Positions 1 to 8,192 of a stretch of DNA of 64,000 bases are shown in pieces (position 1 is the stretch's first letter; each line of letters opens with the position of its first letter). The position numbers and the translations under genes were made by a program. The DNA is from Magnetococcales bacterium (GTDB lineage: Bacteria > Pseudomonadota > Magnetococcia > Magnetococcales > JADFYX01), in contig JADFZS010000003.1 of the NCBI GenBank assembly GCA_015232405.1, positions 13,433 through 77,432 of the forward strand, given 5' to 3'. The notes under the pieces are model-generated. The model worked only from the letters and a program-made list of their open reading frames with translations. It searched no databases and was not told the DNA's origin.

Positions 1-320
1 TTGCGGTATGGATGGTAGATGGTGGGCAGATGCCACAACAGCTTTCACTCAAAGTTGCCACATCAATTATCTATCTCGGCATCATGGGCAGTGTTGTGGG
101 TTTTGTCCTCTACTATTTTATTTTACAAAATATGGATGCCAGCAAAGCTATGTTGACAACACTACTGGCACCTGTTGTCGCCCTGTTTTTGGGTACAACA
201 CTAAATGGTGAAGTTGTAAATGGTAGAATTATTTTTGGTACAGGAATGATTTTAATGGGCCTAAGCGCCTATCAATGGGGAGGCGTTCTAGTTACTAGAT
301 TTAGCAAAACCCGAATTTAA
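1..320 (+). CDS. EamA/DMT-family transporter, C-terminal fragment (5' end lies outside the window)
   Basis: The frame is open from the window edge to TAA at 318-320. Hydrophobic helices IIYLGIMGSVVGFVLYYFIL, LLAPVVALFLG and GMILMGLSAY are typical of the second EamA repeat. Confidence 0.6.
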   Translation, partial: AVWMVDGGQMPQQLSLKVATSIIYLGIMGSVVGFVLYYFILQNMDASKAMLTTLLAPVVALFLGTTLNGEVVNGRIIFGTGMILMGLSAYQWGGVLVTRFSKTRI

Positions 321-324
321 ATTT

Positions 325-358
325 AAAACCGACCCCCGATATTTGGGGGTAGGTTTTT
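325..358. terminator. Bidirectional rho-independent terminator between convergent genes
   Basis: AAAACC-G-ACCCCC (332-337) pairs with GGGGGT (345-350) across a 7-nt loop. An outer AAAACC/GGTTTT pairing gives an A-run on one side and a T-run on the other. Confidence 0.6.
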
Positions 359-364
359 GCTCTG

Positions 365-886
365 CTATTTAACTGTCATCTGTTTCAAGATATCAATGGT
401 CGCTTTTTGAGCTTGCTCTATCTCCTTGGGTGATAGTTGCGAAGCGATAAAATCACGTACCTGACGCACCTCTTTTTGTCGCTCCTCTGGTACTACCTGC
501 AAAGAGAGACTGATCCAGATGTAGGCTTTTTCTAAATTTTGCTCTACCCCCAAACCCTCAAAATAGAGAGCACCTAAGCTATATTGGGAACGGGGGTCCC
601 CCTGCATTGCTGCTTTACCAAACCAGATGGCTGCCTCTTTGGGGTCTGGTGGCAGTGGACCCTCCCCTTGTAGGTATATTGTACCTAGATTGTGCTGCGC
701 CAGCACCAGCCCCTGTTCCGCTGCTTTTCTAAACCAGCTAACCGCTGTATTAATATCTCTATTAACACCATGACCGTTTAGATACATGGCCCCCAAATTA
801 TGTTGCGCCTTGGGGTTACCCTCCTCCCCTAGAGTCTTGATCAGCTCTATCTCTTTATCAGTTAGGGCGGGGTTATCACTGTTCAT
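365..886 (-). CDS. Sel1-like (SLR/TPR-family) repeat protein
   Basis: Repeated units AQHNLGAMYLNGHGVNRD..A..WFRKAAEQG, AQHNLGTIYLQGEG and SQYSLGALYFEGLGVEQN match the Sel1 repeat signature. Confidence 0.8.
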   Translation of the reverse strand: MNSDNPALTDKEIELIKTLGEEGNPKAQHNLGAMYLNGHGVNRDINTAVSWFRKAAEQGLVLAQHNLGTIYLQGEGPLPPDPKEAAIWFGKAAMQGDPRSQYSLGALYFEGLGVEQNLEKAYIWISLSLQVVPEERQKEVRQVRDFIASQLSPKEIEQAQKATIDILKQMTVK

Positions 887-1222
887 AAAATTTACTCGCT
901 TTATTCTTCTACAAATATATAATTTTTTCTCACAACGAACGGGGCTAATTTATAAAGCTTAAAGAGTGGCATAGCAAATATAATTATAAAATATTCTCTT
1001 TTATTACAAATTGATAGCATTAAAACCAAGAAAAAAGCAGCTCTAACCGCTTGCCAAAACGCGGTGGGAACTGCACCATATCAATTTTTATGGTCTTGGC
1101 ACAATCAACTTGGAGCATACCACCCTGCCCCTTATATATTTCTGGTTTACCCTAAAGGATGGGCAGAGGAATGGGTTGGCTTTTTAAGTTTTTACAATCT
1201 AAAAAAAGTTAGGAGAGAAAAA

Positions 1223-1648
1223 ATGGCAGCAGTTAGTGCACGGGTTAAGCTGGTTGAGGGCATTCAAATGTTGGGGGAGTCTGGCTCTGGTCATACAGTT
1301 GTAATGGATGCAGCCCAATCTGTTGGGGGTAGAAATATGGGTATACGCCCCATGGAGCTGCTTCTCATCGGTTTAGGAGGTTGTGCCAGCATTGATGTAC
1401 TGAATATATTACGTAAGGGAAGACACGCTATTGCCGATTGTGTGGCGGAGATAAACGGCAAAAGGGCTGAAACTGAGCCGATGGTTTTCACAGAAATTAC
1501 TGTACACTACACAATAACCGGAACCTCTATACCAGCCAAAGCAGTTGAGAGAGCAATTAAACTTTCTGAAGACAAATACTGCTCTGCCTCTGCCATGCTT
1601 GCTAAAACCGCTGAGATAAAATCGACATACGAAATAGTGGAGGCTTAA
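1223..1648 (+). CDS. OsmC/Ohr-family peroxiredoxin-like protein
   Basis: MAAVSARVKL...PMELLLIGLGGCASIDVLNILRKGR...KYCSASAML carries the two conserved Cys of OsmC. ATG 1223 follows AGGAGAG. The upstream part of the tracked ORF (1064) looks like a non-coding extension. Confidence 0.8.
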   Translation: MAAVSARVKLVEGIQMLGESGSGHTVVMDAAQSVGGRNMGIRPMELLLIGLGGCASIDVLNILRKGRHAIADCVAEINGKRAETEPMVFTEITVHYTITGTSIPAKAVERAIKLSEDKYCSASAMLAKTAEIKSTYEIVEA

Positions 1649-1650
1649 CC

Positions 1651-2292
1651 ATGGGCAAATGGTTTATATCGTCATTTTTCAAACTAACCCTACTTTTGGC
1701 AATCACATTTGTTGCACCGTTTGGCTCCACCAGCCATGCCATGGGTGTTGAGGAGAACACCCACTATGATATGATAATTCCCCCTGTGCCACAATCCGGG
1801 GGAAAACCAACCATCGTCGAGGTTTTTAATTTCAAATGTCCCCACTGTTACACACTCCACCATCAAATGGGCAAATGGACGGCAATTAATAGCAGTAGAT
1901 ACAACATACAATCTCTGCCTATTTTTTGGGGCAAGCAGACCGACATGCCATTAAGAGCTTATTTTGCTGCGGAATTTCTGGGTAAAGGGGACGAGATGAA
2001 AAGTGCAATTTTCAAAGCCCACTTTGATAACTCGGTAAATATCGAAAATATCGATGAGATTGGCTTTCTAGCCGAAGAGGTTGGTCTGGATCCTGAACAG
2101 TTTAAAAGCTATTTAGGCTCTTTTGGTGTTTCGACAAAGTTGGCCCAAGGCAATGAGCAACAGCACGATTTTGGCGTCAACTCAACACCAACCTTGGTGG
2201 TCAACGGCAAATATAGAGTCTCATTTGGTAAACATGCCGATGGAGATACAAAAAAACTGTTTAAAATAGTGGAGACACTTGCAGCAAAATGA
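1651..2292 (+). CDS. DsbA-family periplasmic thiol:disulfide oxidoreductase
   Basis: N-terminal signal peptide (KLTLLLAITFVAPFGSTSHA) and thioredoxin-fold active site FKCPHCY. The start is 2 nt after the osmC stop. Confidence 0.75.
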   Translation: MGKWFISSFFKLTLLLAITFVAPFGSTSHAMGVEENTHYDMIIPPVPQSGGKPTIVEVFNFKCPHCYTLHHQMGKWTAINSSRYNIQSLPIFWGKQTDMPLRAYFAAEFLGKGDEMKSAIFKAHFDNSVNIENIDEIGFLAEEVGLDPEQFKSYLGSFGVSTKLAQGNEQQHDFGVNSTPTLVVNGKYRVSFGKHADGDTKKLFKIVETLAAK

Positions 2293-3047
2293 AGCTAATT
2301 GTTCCCATCAAAATGGTCCCCAACCCAAACCTGCCAGTACGTTTAAGCCGGGATTCCAGCAAGCCACAACAGCCTGAGCTAGATGATATTCCCCTGGTAA
2401 TCAACCCTTTTGATGAAAATGCTTTAGAAGAGGCTATATTATTAAAAGAGGCTGGTATTGCCTCCAACGTAACAGTTATATCTGTGGGTCCACAAAGTTG
2501 GGATGCTGAAATGCGTACTGCCCTGGCTTTAGGGGCAGATCGCGCTGTCCGTATCCCTTGCGATTTTCAGGTTTCACCCCTCACAATTGCAAAGTGTATC
2601 AAGGAGTTTTGTATTTTAGAGTCAGCCCAACTGGTTATATGTGGTCGCCAGGGGGTGGATGCAGATCGCTGTAGTGTCGGTCCCATGGTGGCGGCCTTGC
2701 TGGGATGGGGGCAAGGTACTTTTGTTTCTAACATGATAATAGAAAATGGGGTTGTAACTGTTACCAGAGAGGTTGACGGGGGAACCCAAGAGTTAACCCT
2801 ACCATTGCCAGCTGTCATAACCTGCGACCTTAGCTTAAACACCCCAAGATACGCCAGCCTACCCAACATCATGTTAGCAAAACGTAAACCTTTACAGCAG
2901 CTCTCGGCCCAAGAGCTAGGTGTTGAGCTAGAGCCTGATTTGGAGATTATAAAATATCTAGAACCCCCTCCTCGTCCCCCTGTGGTAAGGCTTGATACTG
3001 TTGCAGATCTGGCAGACGTATTGTCTGAAAAGGGGTTTATCCAATGA
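2289..3047 (+). CDS. etfB: Electron transfer flavoprotein beta subunit
   Basis: MKLIVPIKMVPN...NPFDENALEEA...VISVGP...ICGRQGVDAD matches the EtfB pattern. An ATGA start/stop overlap joins it to the upstream gene. Confidence 0.85.
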   Translation: MKLIVPIKMVPNPNLPVRLSRDSSKPQQPELDDIPLVINPFDENALEEAILLKEAGIASNVTVISVGPQSWDAEMRTALALGADRAVRIPCDFQVSPLTIAKCIKEFCILESAQLVICGRQGVDADRCSVGPMVAALLGWGQGTFVSNMIIENGVVTVTREVDGGTQELTLPLPAVITCDLSLNTPRYASLPNIMLAKRKPLQQLSAQELGVELEPDLEIIKYLEPPPRPPVVRLDTVADLADVLSEKGFIQ

Positions 3048-3970
3048 ATGTATTGCTGATAGTTGGTGACCGTTTAGGGGAGTATGACCCTCTTACAGCC
3101 AATGGAGTAACCGCCGGATTACACCTCGGTGAGGTAACAGCTCTTGCTGCCGGACCCAACAGCCAACAAAAATCAGAACAAGTGGCAAATATTTCAGGTG
3201 TCCAGCGGGTACTGGTCCCCACAAACCCTGTACTACAAACTCCAGGAGTGGAAAATTTAGCCCTGCTAATCAACAAACTCACCCCCTCTTATGATGTTAT
3301 AATGGCTGTTACATCAACTTTTGGCAGCGATCTAATTCCCCGTTGTGCAGCCTTGGCAAACTGCTCACCTATTACCGGCATATCTGCAATTACCAAAGAC
3401 CACACCCTATCACGACCGATAAATGCGGGAGCGGTGCTAGCTCAACTGGCCCTACCCAAAACCCCGGCTTTTTTAACTGTAAGACCAACAGCATTTCCCC
3501 CAGCTGGTCAAACAGCAACAAATGTAGAGATAATTGATCTGGAAGATAGCCTCACCGGCATGCTATCCCAGCACAAATCATTCACTCCATCTGCCAATAT
3601 CCGCCCCGATCCGGTATCTGCCAAAATAGTTGTAGCTGGAGGTGGTGGTTTGCAGCAGGGTGGTAGTTTTGAGTTGGTGGAACAACTTGCTGACCACCTT
3701 AAAGCAGGTGTAGGAGCAAGCAGAACAGCGGTTGATATGGGTTTAGCTAGTAATGATTTACAGATAGGTCAAACAGGTCGTAGCATAGCCCCGGATCTTT
3801 ATATAGGTCTGGGGATTTCCGGGGCTATACAACATTTGGCAGGAATAAAAGATGCCAGGATGATTGTCTCCATAAACAGCGACCCTAGTGCACCACTACA
3901 TGGTGCTGCTGATTATGCCCTGACTGCCGATATTTTTTCAGCAGTCCCAGAACTGCTGAAAAAAATATAA
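3044..3970 (+). CDS. etfA: Electron transfer flavoprotein alpha subunit
   Basis: The C-terminal FAD-binding signature is present: VVAGGGG...GASRTAVD...QIGQTGRSIAPDLYIGLGISGAIQHLAGIKD. An ATGA overlap joins it to etfB. Confidence 0.85.
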   Translation: MNVLLIVGDRLGEYDPLTANGVTAGLHLGEVTALAAGPNSQQKSEQVANISGVQRVLVPTNPVLQTPGVENLALLINKLTPSYDVIMAVTSTFGSDLIPRCAALANCSPITGISAITKDHTLSRPINAGAVLAQLALPKTPAFLTVRPTAFPPAGQTATNVEIIDLEDSLTGMLSQHKSFTPSANIRPDPVSAKIVVAGGGGLQQGGSFELVEQLADHLKAGVGASRTAVDMGLASNDLQIGQTGRSIAPDLYIGLGISGAIQHLAGIKDARMIVSINSDPSAPLHGAADYALTADIFSAVPELLKKI

Positions 3971-4153
3971 CGACACCAGAGTAGATTATCCTAGATTCGG
4001 AAGTTGGACGTATGTGAATGGCGCAACATACTGGTTTAGCTGCTGTAATTCAAAAAATCGAAGTCACCCAATGGGTGATGAGACTTTTTTGAATTATGGC
4101 AGATGAATCAAGAGGTTATGTCAGGTGCGTGCGTACAACTGCCGAATCTAGGA

Positions 4154-5083
4154 TTATTTAAGCCAAGGGAACGCAGTACTGGAAAATGCTGTCCAGCGAT
4201 CGTCAAGCTCACCTCGCACCTCTTCATATTCTCTTGCCCGCCAACCTATGGCAGCTCCAGCATATTTGATGGTGTCTACATCTTTGACCCCTTTGAGAAG
4301 TCCATCAATAAGGCCGGGCATAACCGAAACATCGTTCATTGTGCCCAACAAGCCTTGGAGACTTTTAAGGTGGGCATTAAACTCAGCCATACCGGAAGAG
4401 TCAAACATCGGTGAGAAAAAATCCGTCGCATAACGCAGTTTTTTACCTTCAATACGCAACTGGTGCAGCTCATCTATGCTCATCTCATTTTTATGTTCAC
4501 CAGTCTGCAACACCTTGGTAACCCTTTTATTCAACACCTTGGCTGCGTAGATACGGATGGAGGTATTTAACTTGGCACGTACAGAGGCGGGAAGATCCTC
4601 TTGAAACCAGCCACAGTTTGTCAGCCAAAGATCAAAATCTTTAACAAATGTTTTATACCGCTCACCATCAAACAAGGCCCTGACCTTCACATAAGCCTCT
4701 TCTTTTTGCTTCAAGGCCAGCTCCATCAGTTTTTTCTCCCCTTCCGTTAAGGGAATTTTACCAGCCATTTGACTAAGACCTTCATCGATGAAAACATCCA
4801 GATCACGGGCTGGCCCCATTTCACTGGCTATCCAGCGCATTTCAGTACCCCATGGATCGGTTATCTCTCTGGGGATTGCCTTACGAAATAGCACCATGGT
4901 AGAGCGCATCCGGCGAAACGCCACTCTTACTTGATGGACACCTTCGATATCATCACCGACATAGGCAGTTTTGGCCCAACTTTTCATATATTCAAAATTG
5001 TGCCGTAAAATAACGCCAAAAGCTTCACTGATTGACTGTTTTGCAGTTATTGGAGCAGATTTGTTTTTCATAGGTTCGGTCAT
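4154..5083 (-). CDS. CHAD domain-containing protein
   Basis: GVHQVRVAFRRMRSTMVLFRK, then ...ARDLDVF..., then LHQLRIEGKKLRYATDFF. This helical His/Arg-rich pattern is characteristic of CHAD domains. Confidence 0.8.
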   Translation of the reverse strand: MTEPMKNKSAPITAKQSISEAFGVILRHNFEYMKSWAKTAYVGDDIEGVHQVRVAFRRMRSTMVLFRKAIPREITDPWGTEMRWIASEMGPARDLDVFIDEGLSQMAGKIPLTEGEKKLMELALKQKEEAYVKVRALFDGERYKTFVKDFDLWLTNCGWFQEDLPASVRAKLNTSIRIYAAKVLNKRVTKVLQTGEHKNEMSIDELHQLRIEGKKLRYATDFFSPMFDSSGMAEFNAHLKSLQGLLGTMNDVSVMPGLIDGLLKGVKDVDTIKYAGAAIGWRAREYEEVRGELDDRWTAFSSTAFPWLK

Positions 5084-5627
5084 AAAAATAGCCTCATATT
5101 TTCCTAAAATACAGCAAATGTAAGCGTGTTAACGGCGTAACATATTGGTTTGTCAAGATTTGACAGAATAAATAACCACCTTGTTTATTTGTGTCAAGAT
5201 TTTGTTCTAAGATATCAAATGAATAATTGGGTTTCGTAGTTAATTTATGTCATTTAAAACAAAGTCTCTTTTTTGTTAACAACCCGGATTTTAACTCTAT
5301 TTTTAGTAAGTTGTCCAGCCACTACCAGTTGAGATACCCAAAAAAAGAGTTTCTTGGACCACCTGTTAATTTTAATACAGGGAACTTTTTCAACAAATCA
5401 CACCACTTTTGTACGACATTTCTATAGACAATGATCAAAAAAAAGCATAGTATACGTGGGTTTTTGCTCTTGATATAACCGGGGTGGGTTTTACTTTCAA
5501 CTATAAATCTTTATTTTTTCTTTATAATTTAAGAGCTTGTAATTAGATATATTTCTGGGATCTGCTGTGAATTAAGTAGCAATTGTATCCTTATCTATTT
5601 TGTATTATTTAATCGTAGGAGAGTAGC

Positions 5628-6470
5628 ATGGCATCAAAAAAGAAGAAGACAACCGGTAGTGAGATTGTTCTCGGTCGTGGCAGTGAATCGGCACAACCAT
5701 CCTCTCGTCCTCGTGTTAAAAAGATGAAGGAGAAGGATTACGAAGCAATTCTATATCCTAGCCTCAACATCGAACTTCTGAAAATGCAGAGCTGGATTAA
5801 AGAGAACGGCCATCGTCTAGTCTGTATTTTTGAAGGTCGTGACGCATCGGGTAAGGGTGGAACAATCAAACGTTTTATCGAGCATTTGAACCCACGTGGT
5901 TGCCGTGTTGTTGCTCTTGACAAACCTACAGATAAAGAGCGCACCCAGTGGTATTTCCAACGTTATGTACAACATCTACCATCTGCTGGTGAGATCGCCC
6001 TCTTTGACCGTAGCTGGTATAACCGTTCTGGTGTTGAGCGTGTTATGGGTTTCTGCTCTAAAGATGAGGTACGTGAGTATCTTCGCAGTGTGCCTGAGTT
6101 TGAGAGAATGTTGGTCAACTCCGGTATTATCCTCTTTAAGTTCTACTTCTCAGTGAGCAAAGAGGAGCAGCTACACCGCTTTAACAAGCGTATGGTAGAT
6201 CCACTAAAACAGTGGAAACTAAGCCCAGTTGATAAAGAGTCACAAGATAAATGGGAAGATTACACAAAAGCTAAAGAGGATACATTCTTCTACTCCTCAA
6301 CAGCTGAGTGCCCATGGACAATCATTAAATCTGACGATAAAAAGCGTGCCAGAATCAACGCCATCAAGTTTTTGCTAAGCAAGCTTGACTACAAAGGCAA
6401 AGACAAGAAAAAACTTGATTATGATCCACGGATCATCCGTACTGTTCAAGAAGAGATCGGTATCGATTGA
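5628..6470 (+). CDS. ppk2: Polyphosphate kinase 2 (PPK2)
   Basis: FEGRDASGKGGTIKRF (Walker A), then RTQWYFQRYVQHLPSAGEIALFDRSWYNR and PWTIIKSDDKKRARIN. AGGAGAG sits upstream of the ATG. Confidence 0.9.
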   Translation: MASKKKKTTGSEIVLGRGSESAQPSSRPRVKKMKEKDYEAILYPSLNIELLKMQSWIKENGHRLVCIFEGRDASGKGGTIKRFIEHLNPRGCRVVALDKPTDKERTQWYFQRYVQHLPSAGEIALFDRSWYNRSGVERVMGFCSKDEVREYLRSVPEFERMLVNSGIILFKFYFSVSKEEQLHRFNKRMVDPLKQWKLSPVDKESQDKWEDYTKAKEDTFFYSSTAECPWTIIKSDDKKRARINAIKFLLSKLDYKGKDKKKLDYDPRIIRTVQEEIGID

Positions 6471-6493
6471 TAATCGTTTAAATTGGTTATAAA

Positions 6494-6536
6494 AGGAGGC
6501 TGTTGCTCTCATATAAGCAGCCTCCTTTCTAGTTTT
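6494..6536 (+). terminator. Rho-independent terminator after ppk2
   Basis: AGGAGGCTG (6494-6502) pairs with CAGCCTCCT (6518-6526) and is followed by a T-rich tail. Confidence 0.6.
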
Positions 6537-6784
6537 AAATAATCCTGGAAACAGCAGTTGTCAGCACGCACCGCCAACCGCCGTTTCCAGGATAATAGCG
6601 GCAGTTGTAAGGGTGCTCCTCCAACTGCCGTTTTTTATTTATCAAAGAGTTTGCTTTAAATAATTTGTTTTTCAAGTTATTTATTTCAAGATTTAGTTTA
6701 AAGTGCATTACATCCATGAAAATTTATATTCCACATCTTAACCAACTTATCCCTCATCGCTATTTTTGACCAGAGGGTCAGTAG

Positions 6785-8188
6785 ATGGAAATTATAACCA
6801 ACGCCTTTGCAGGAACCGATCCCGAAGTACTGTTCAGAATAATTCTACAAATACTGCTTTTGGTTGCTTCAGCTTTTTTTTCCGGCTCTGAGACTGCACT
6901 CTTTTCTCTGAGCCGAATGGATTTACAAAAATTACGCAATAGCCGTAACCCCCAATCAGACCAGATCCATGAACTTTTGGACGAACCCCGTCGCCTGATA
7001 ATATCAATTCTATGTGGCAACGAGCTTGTCAACATTGCCTCAACTGCCAATATGGCGGCTTTGATGATTATATTGGTTGGCGATGGCGATGCCGGATGGC
7101 TCAACATTGTTATTATGGTTCCCCTGCTTTTGTTGGTTGGTGAGGTTACACCAAAAACCTTTGCCGTTACCTACCCTATAAAGTTCAGTGCCAAACTCTC
7201 TGCCAGACTATTGCCAAAATGGATCACACTCATAACCCCTCTGCGGGAGATTGTCCGTTTTTTGGCTGATAGAATTACGACCATGGTGGTTGGCAAAGAG
7301 GTTGAGGAGGAGAATATTTTGCAACCAGATGAGTTTCGCACCCTACTTGCAGAGGGGGAGGAGACAGGCATAATTGATGCGACCGAACGGGTCTTGATCG
7401 ATAATATGCTAGAGGCTGCGGAGACAGAGATTGACCATATAATGACCCCAAGAACCCGTATCGCCTTTTTAGATGCCGACATGCCCCTTGTTGATCTGAT
7501 AGCTGAATTCAAAAGAATACAACATCCCAGGGTTCCTATTGTTAGAGGCAACAGGGATAATATTTTGGGGTTTTTACACTCCGAAGATGTTCTGCGCTAC
7601 ATCCGCAAGGGAGAGGATTTTACCACCCTTCATATTGATGACATTCTACGCCCTGCCCATTTTGTCCCTTTGACCAAAAAGGTAGATGAGATGTTTGAAT
7701 ATTTCCGCCACCATAATACAAGAGTAGCGATTTTACTTGGTGAATTTGGCGGTGTTCACGGTATGGTCACAATGAAAGATGTTCTAACATTTTTATTTGG
7801 TGAGATTTCAGGAACAATTCGTGGTCAAGAACTATACGAAGAGGAGGATGAAAATCTCTATACCGTACCTGCTGACATGCGTATTGCCGACTTTAACAAC
7901 CTGACCAACTTTGATATTGAAGATGCCATGATGACCACTGTTGGCGGTGTTGCCTTTCGTCTATTTGACCGTCTACCACGAGTTGGCGATATCACAAATA
8001 ATGATAACGGTATCCGCTTTACTGTGTTGGCTATGGATGGTCTGAGGATAAAAACCCTGAGGGTTGAATTTTGCAGTTCTGATGATGTCATAGCTGAACC
8101 ATCATCAGCTGCCCATATTGAAGCTGAAAATCATAGAGAGTCAAAAAGCTCTAAAGCCATGCAACATAACGAAGGATTGGAGGGTTAA
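6785..8188 (+). CDS. DUF21-CBS-CorC_HlyC family transporter (CorC/TlyC/CNNM-like)
   Basis: N-terminal membrane DUF21 domain (FFSGSETALFSLS...GEVTPKT), a CBS pair (IMTPRTRI...PRVPIV...HGMVTMKDVL) and a C-terminal CorC_HlyC-like region. Confidence 0.85.
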   Translation: MEIITNAFAGTDPEVLFRIILQILLLVASAFFSGSETALFSLSRMDLQKLRNSRNPQSDQIHELLDEPRRLIISILCGNELVNIASTANMAALMIILVGDGDAGWLNIVIMVPLLLLVGEVTPKTFAVTYPIKFSAKLSARLLPKWITLITPLREIVRFLADRITTMVVGKEVEEENILQPDEFRTLLAEGEETGIIDATERVLIDNMLEAAETEIDHIMTPRTRIAFLDADMPLVDLIAEFKRIQHPRVPIVRGNRDNILGFLHSEDVLRYIRKGEDFTTLHIDDILRPAHFVPLTKKVDEMFEYFRHHNTRVAILLGEFGGVHGMVTMKDVLTFLFGEISGTIRGQELYEEEDENLYTVPADMRIADFNNLTNFDIEDAMMTTVGGVAFRLFDRLPRVGDITNNDNGIRFTVLAMDGLRIKTLRVEFCSSDDVIAEPSSAAHIEAENHRESKSSKAMQHNEGLEG

Positions 8189-8192
8189 GGTT

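Noticed and set aside
8-211. A 67-aa ORF at the window start in an alternative frame to the EamA fragment.
   Set aside because: It overlaps the frame that encodes clear EamA-type transmembrane helices. The Cys/Trp-rich translation is not protein-like.
1064-1222. N-terminal extensions in the ORF track: OsmC from 1064, CorC-2 from 8118, asnO from 41949, ngg from 43639, MCP C from 56186, CheA from 59288, VapB from 23599, TetR to 22765.
   Set aside because: In each case an internal start with a better RBS gives a protein whose N-terminus matches the family. One example is the obligatory Met-Cys start of the amidotransferase. The internal starts also remove the overlap with the upstream gene.
5151-5205. 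Calling the TGTCAA elements a Pho box.
   Set aside because: The canonical Pho box is a direct repeat of CTGTCAT-like heptamers at 11-bp spacing. Here the first site is an inverted repeat and the second copy is 42 bp away. The elements are kept only as unexplained repeats in the CHAD/ppk2 finding.
6535-6717. A 60-aa minus-strand ORF spanning the hairpin region downstream of ppk2.
   Set aside because: It is made up almost entirely of the two inverted-repeat structures and AT-rich spacer. It has no RBS and no recognisable domain.
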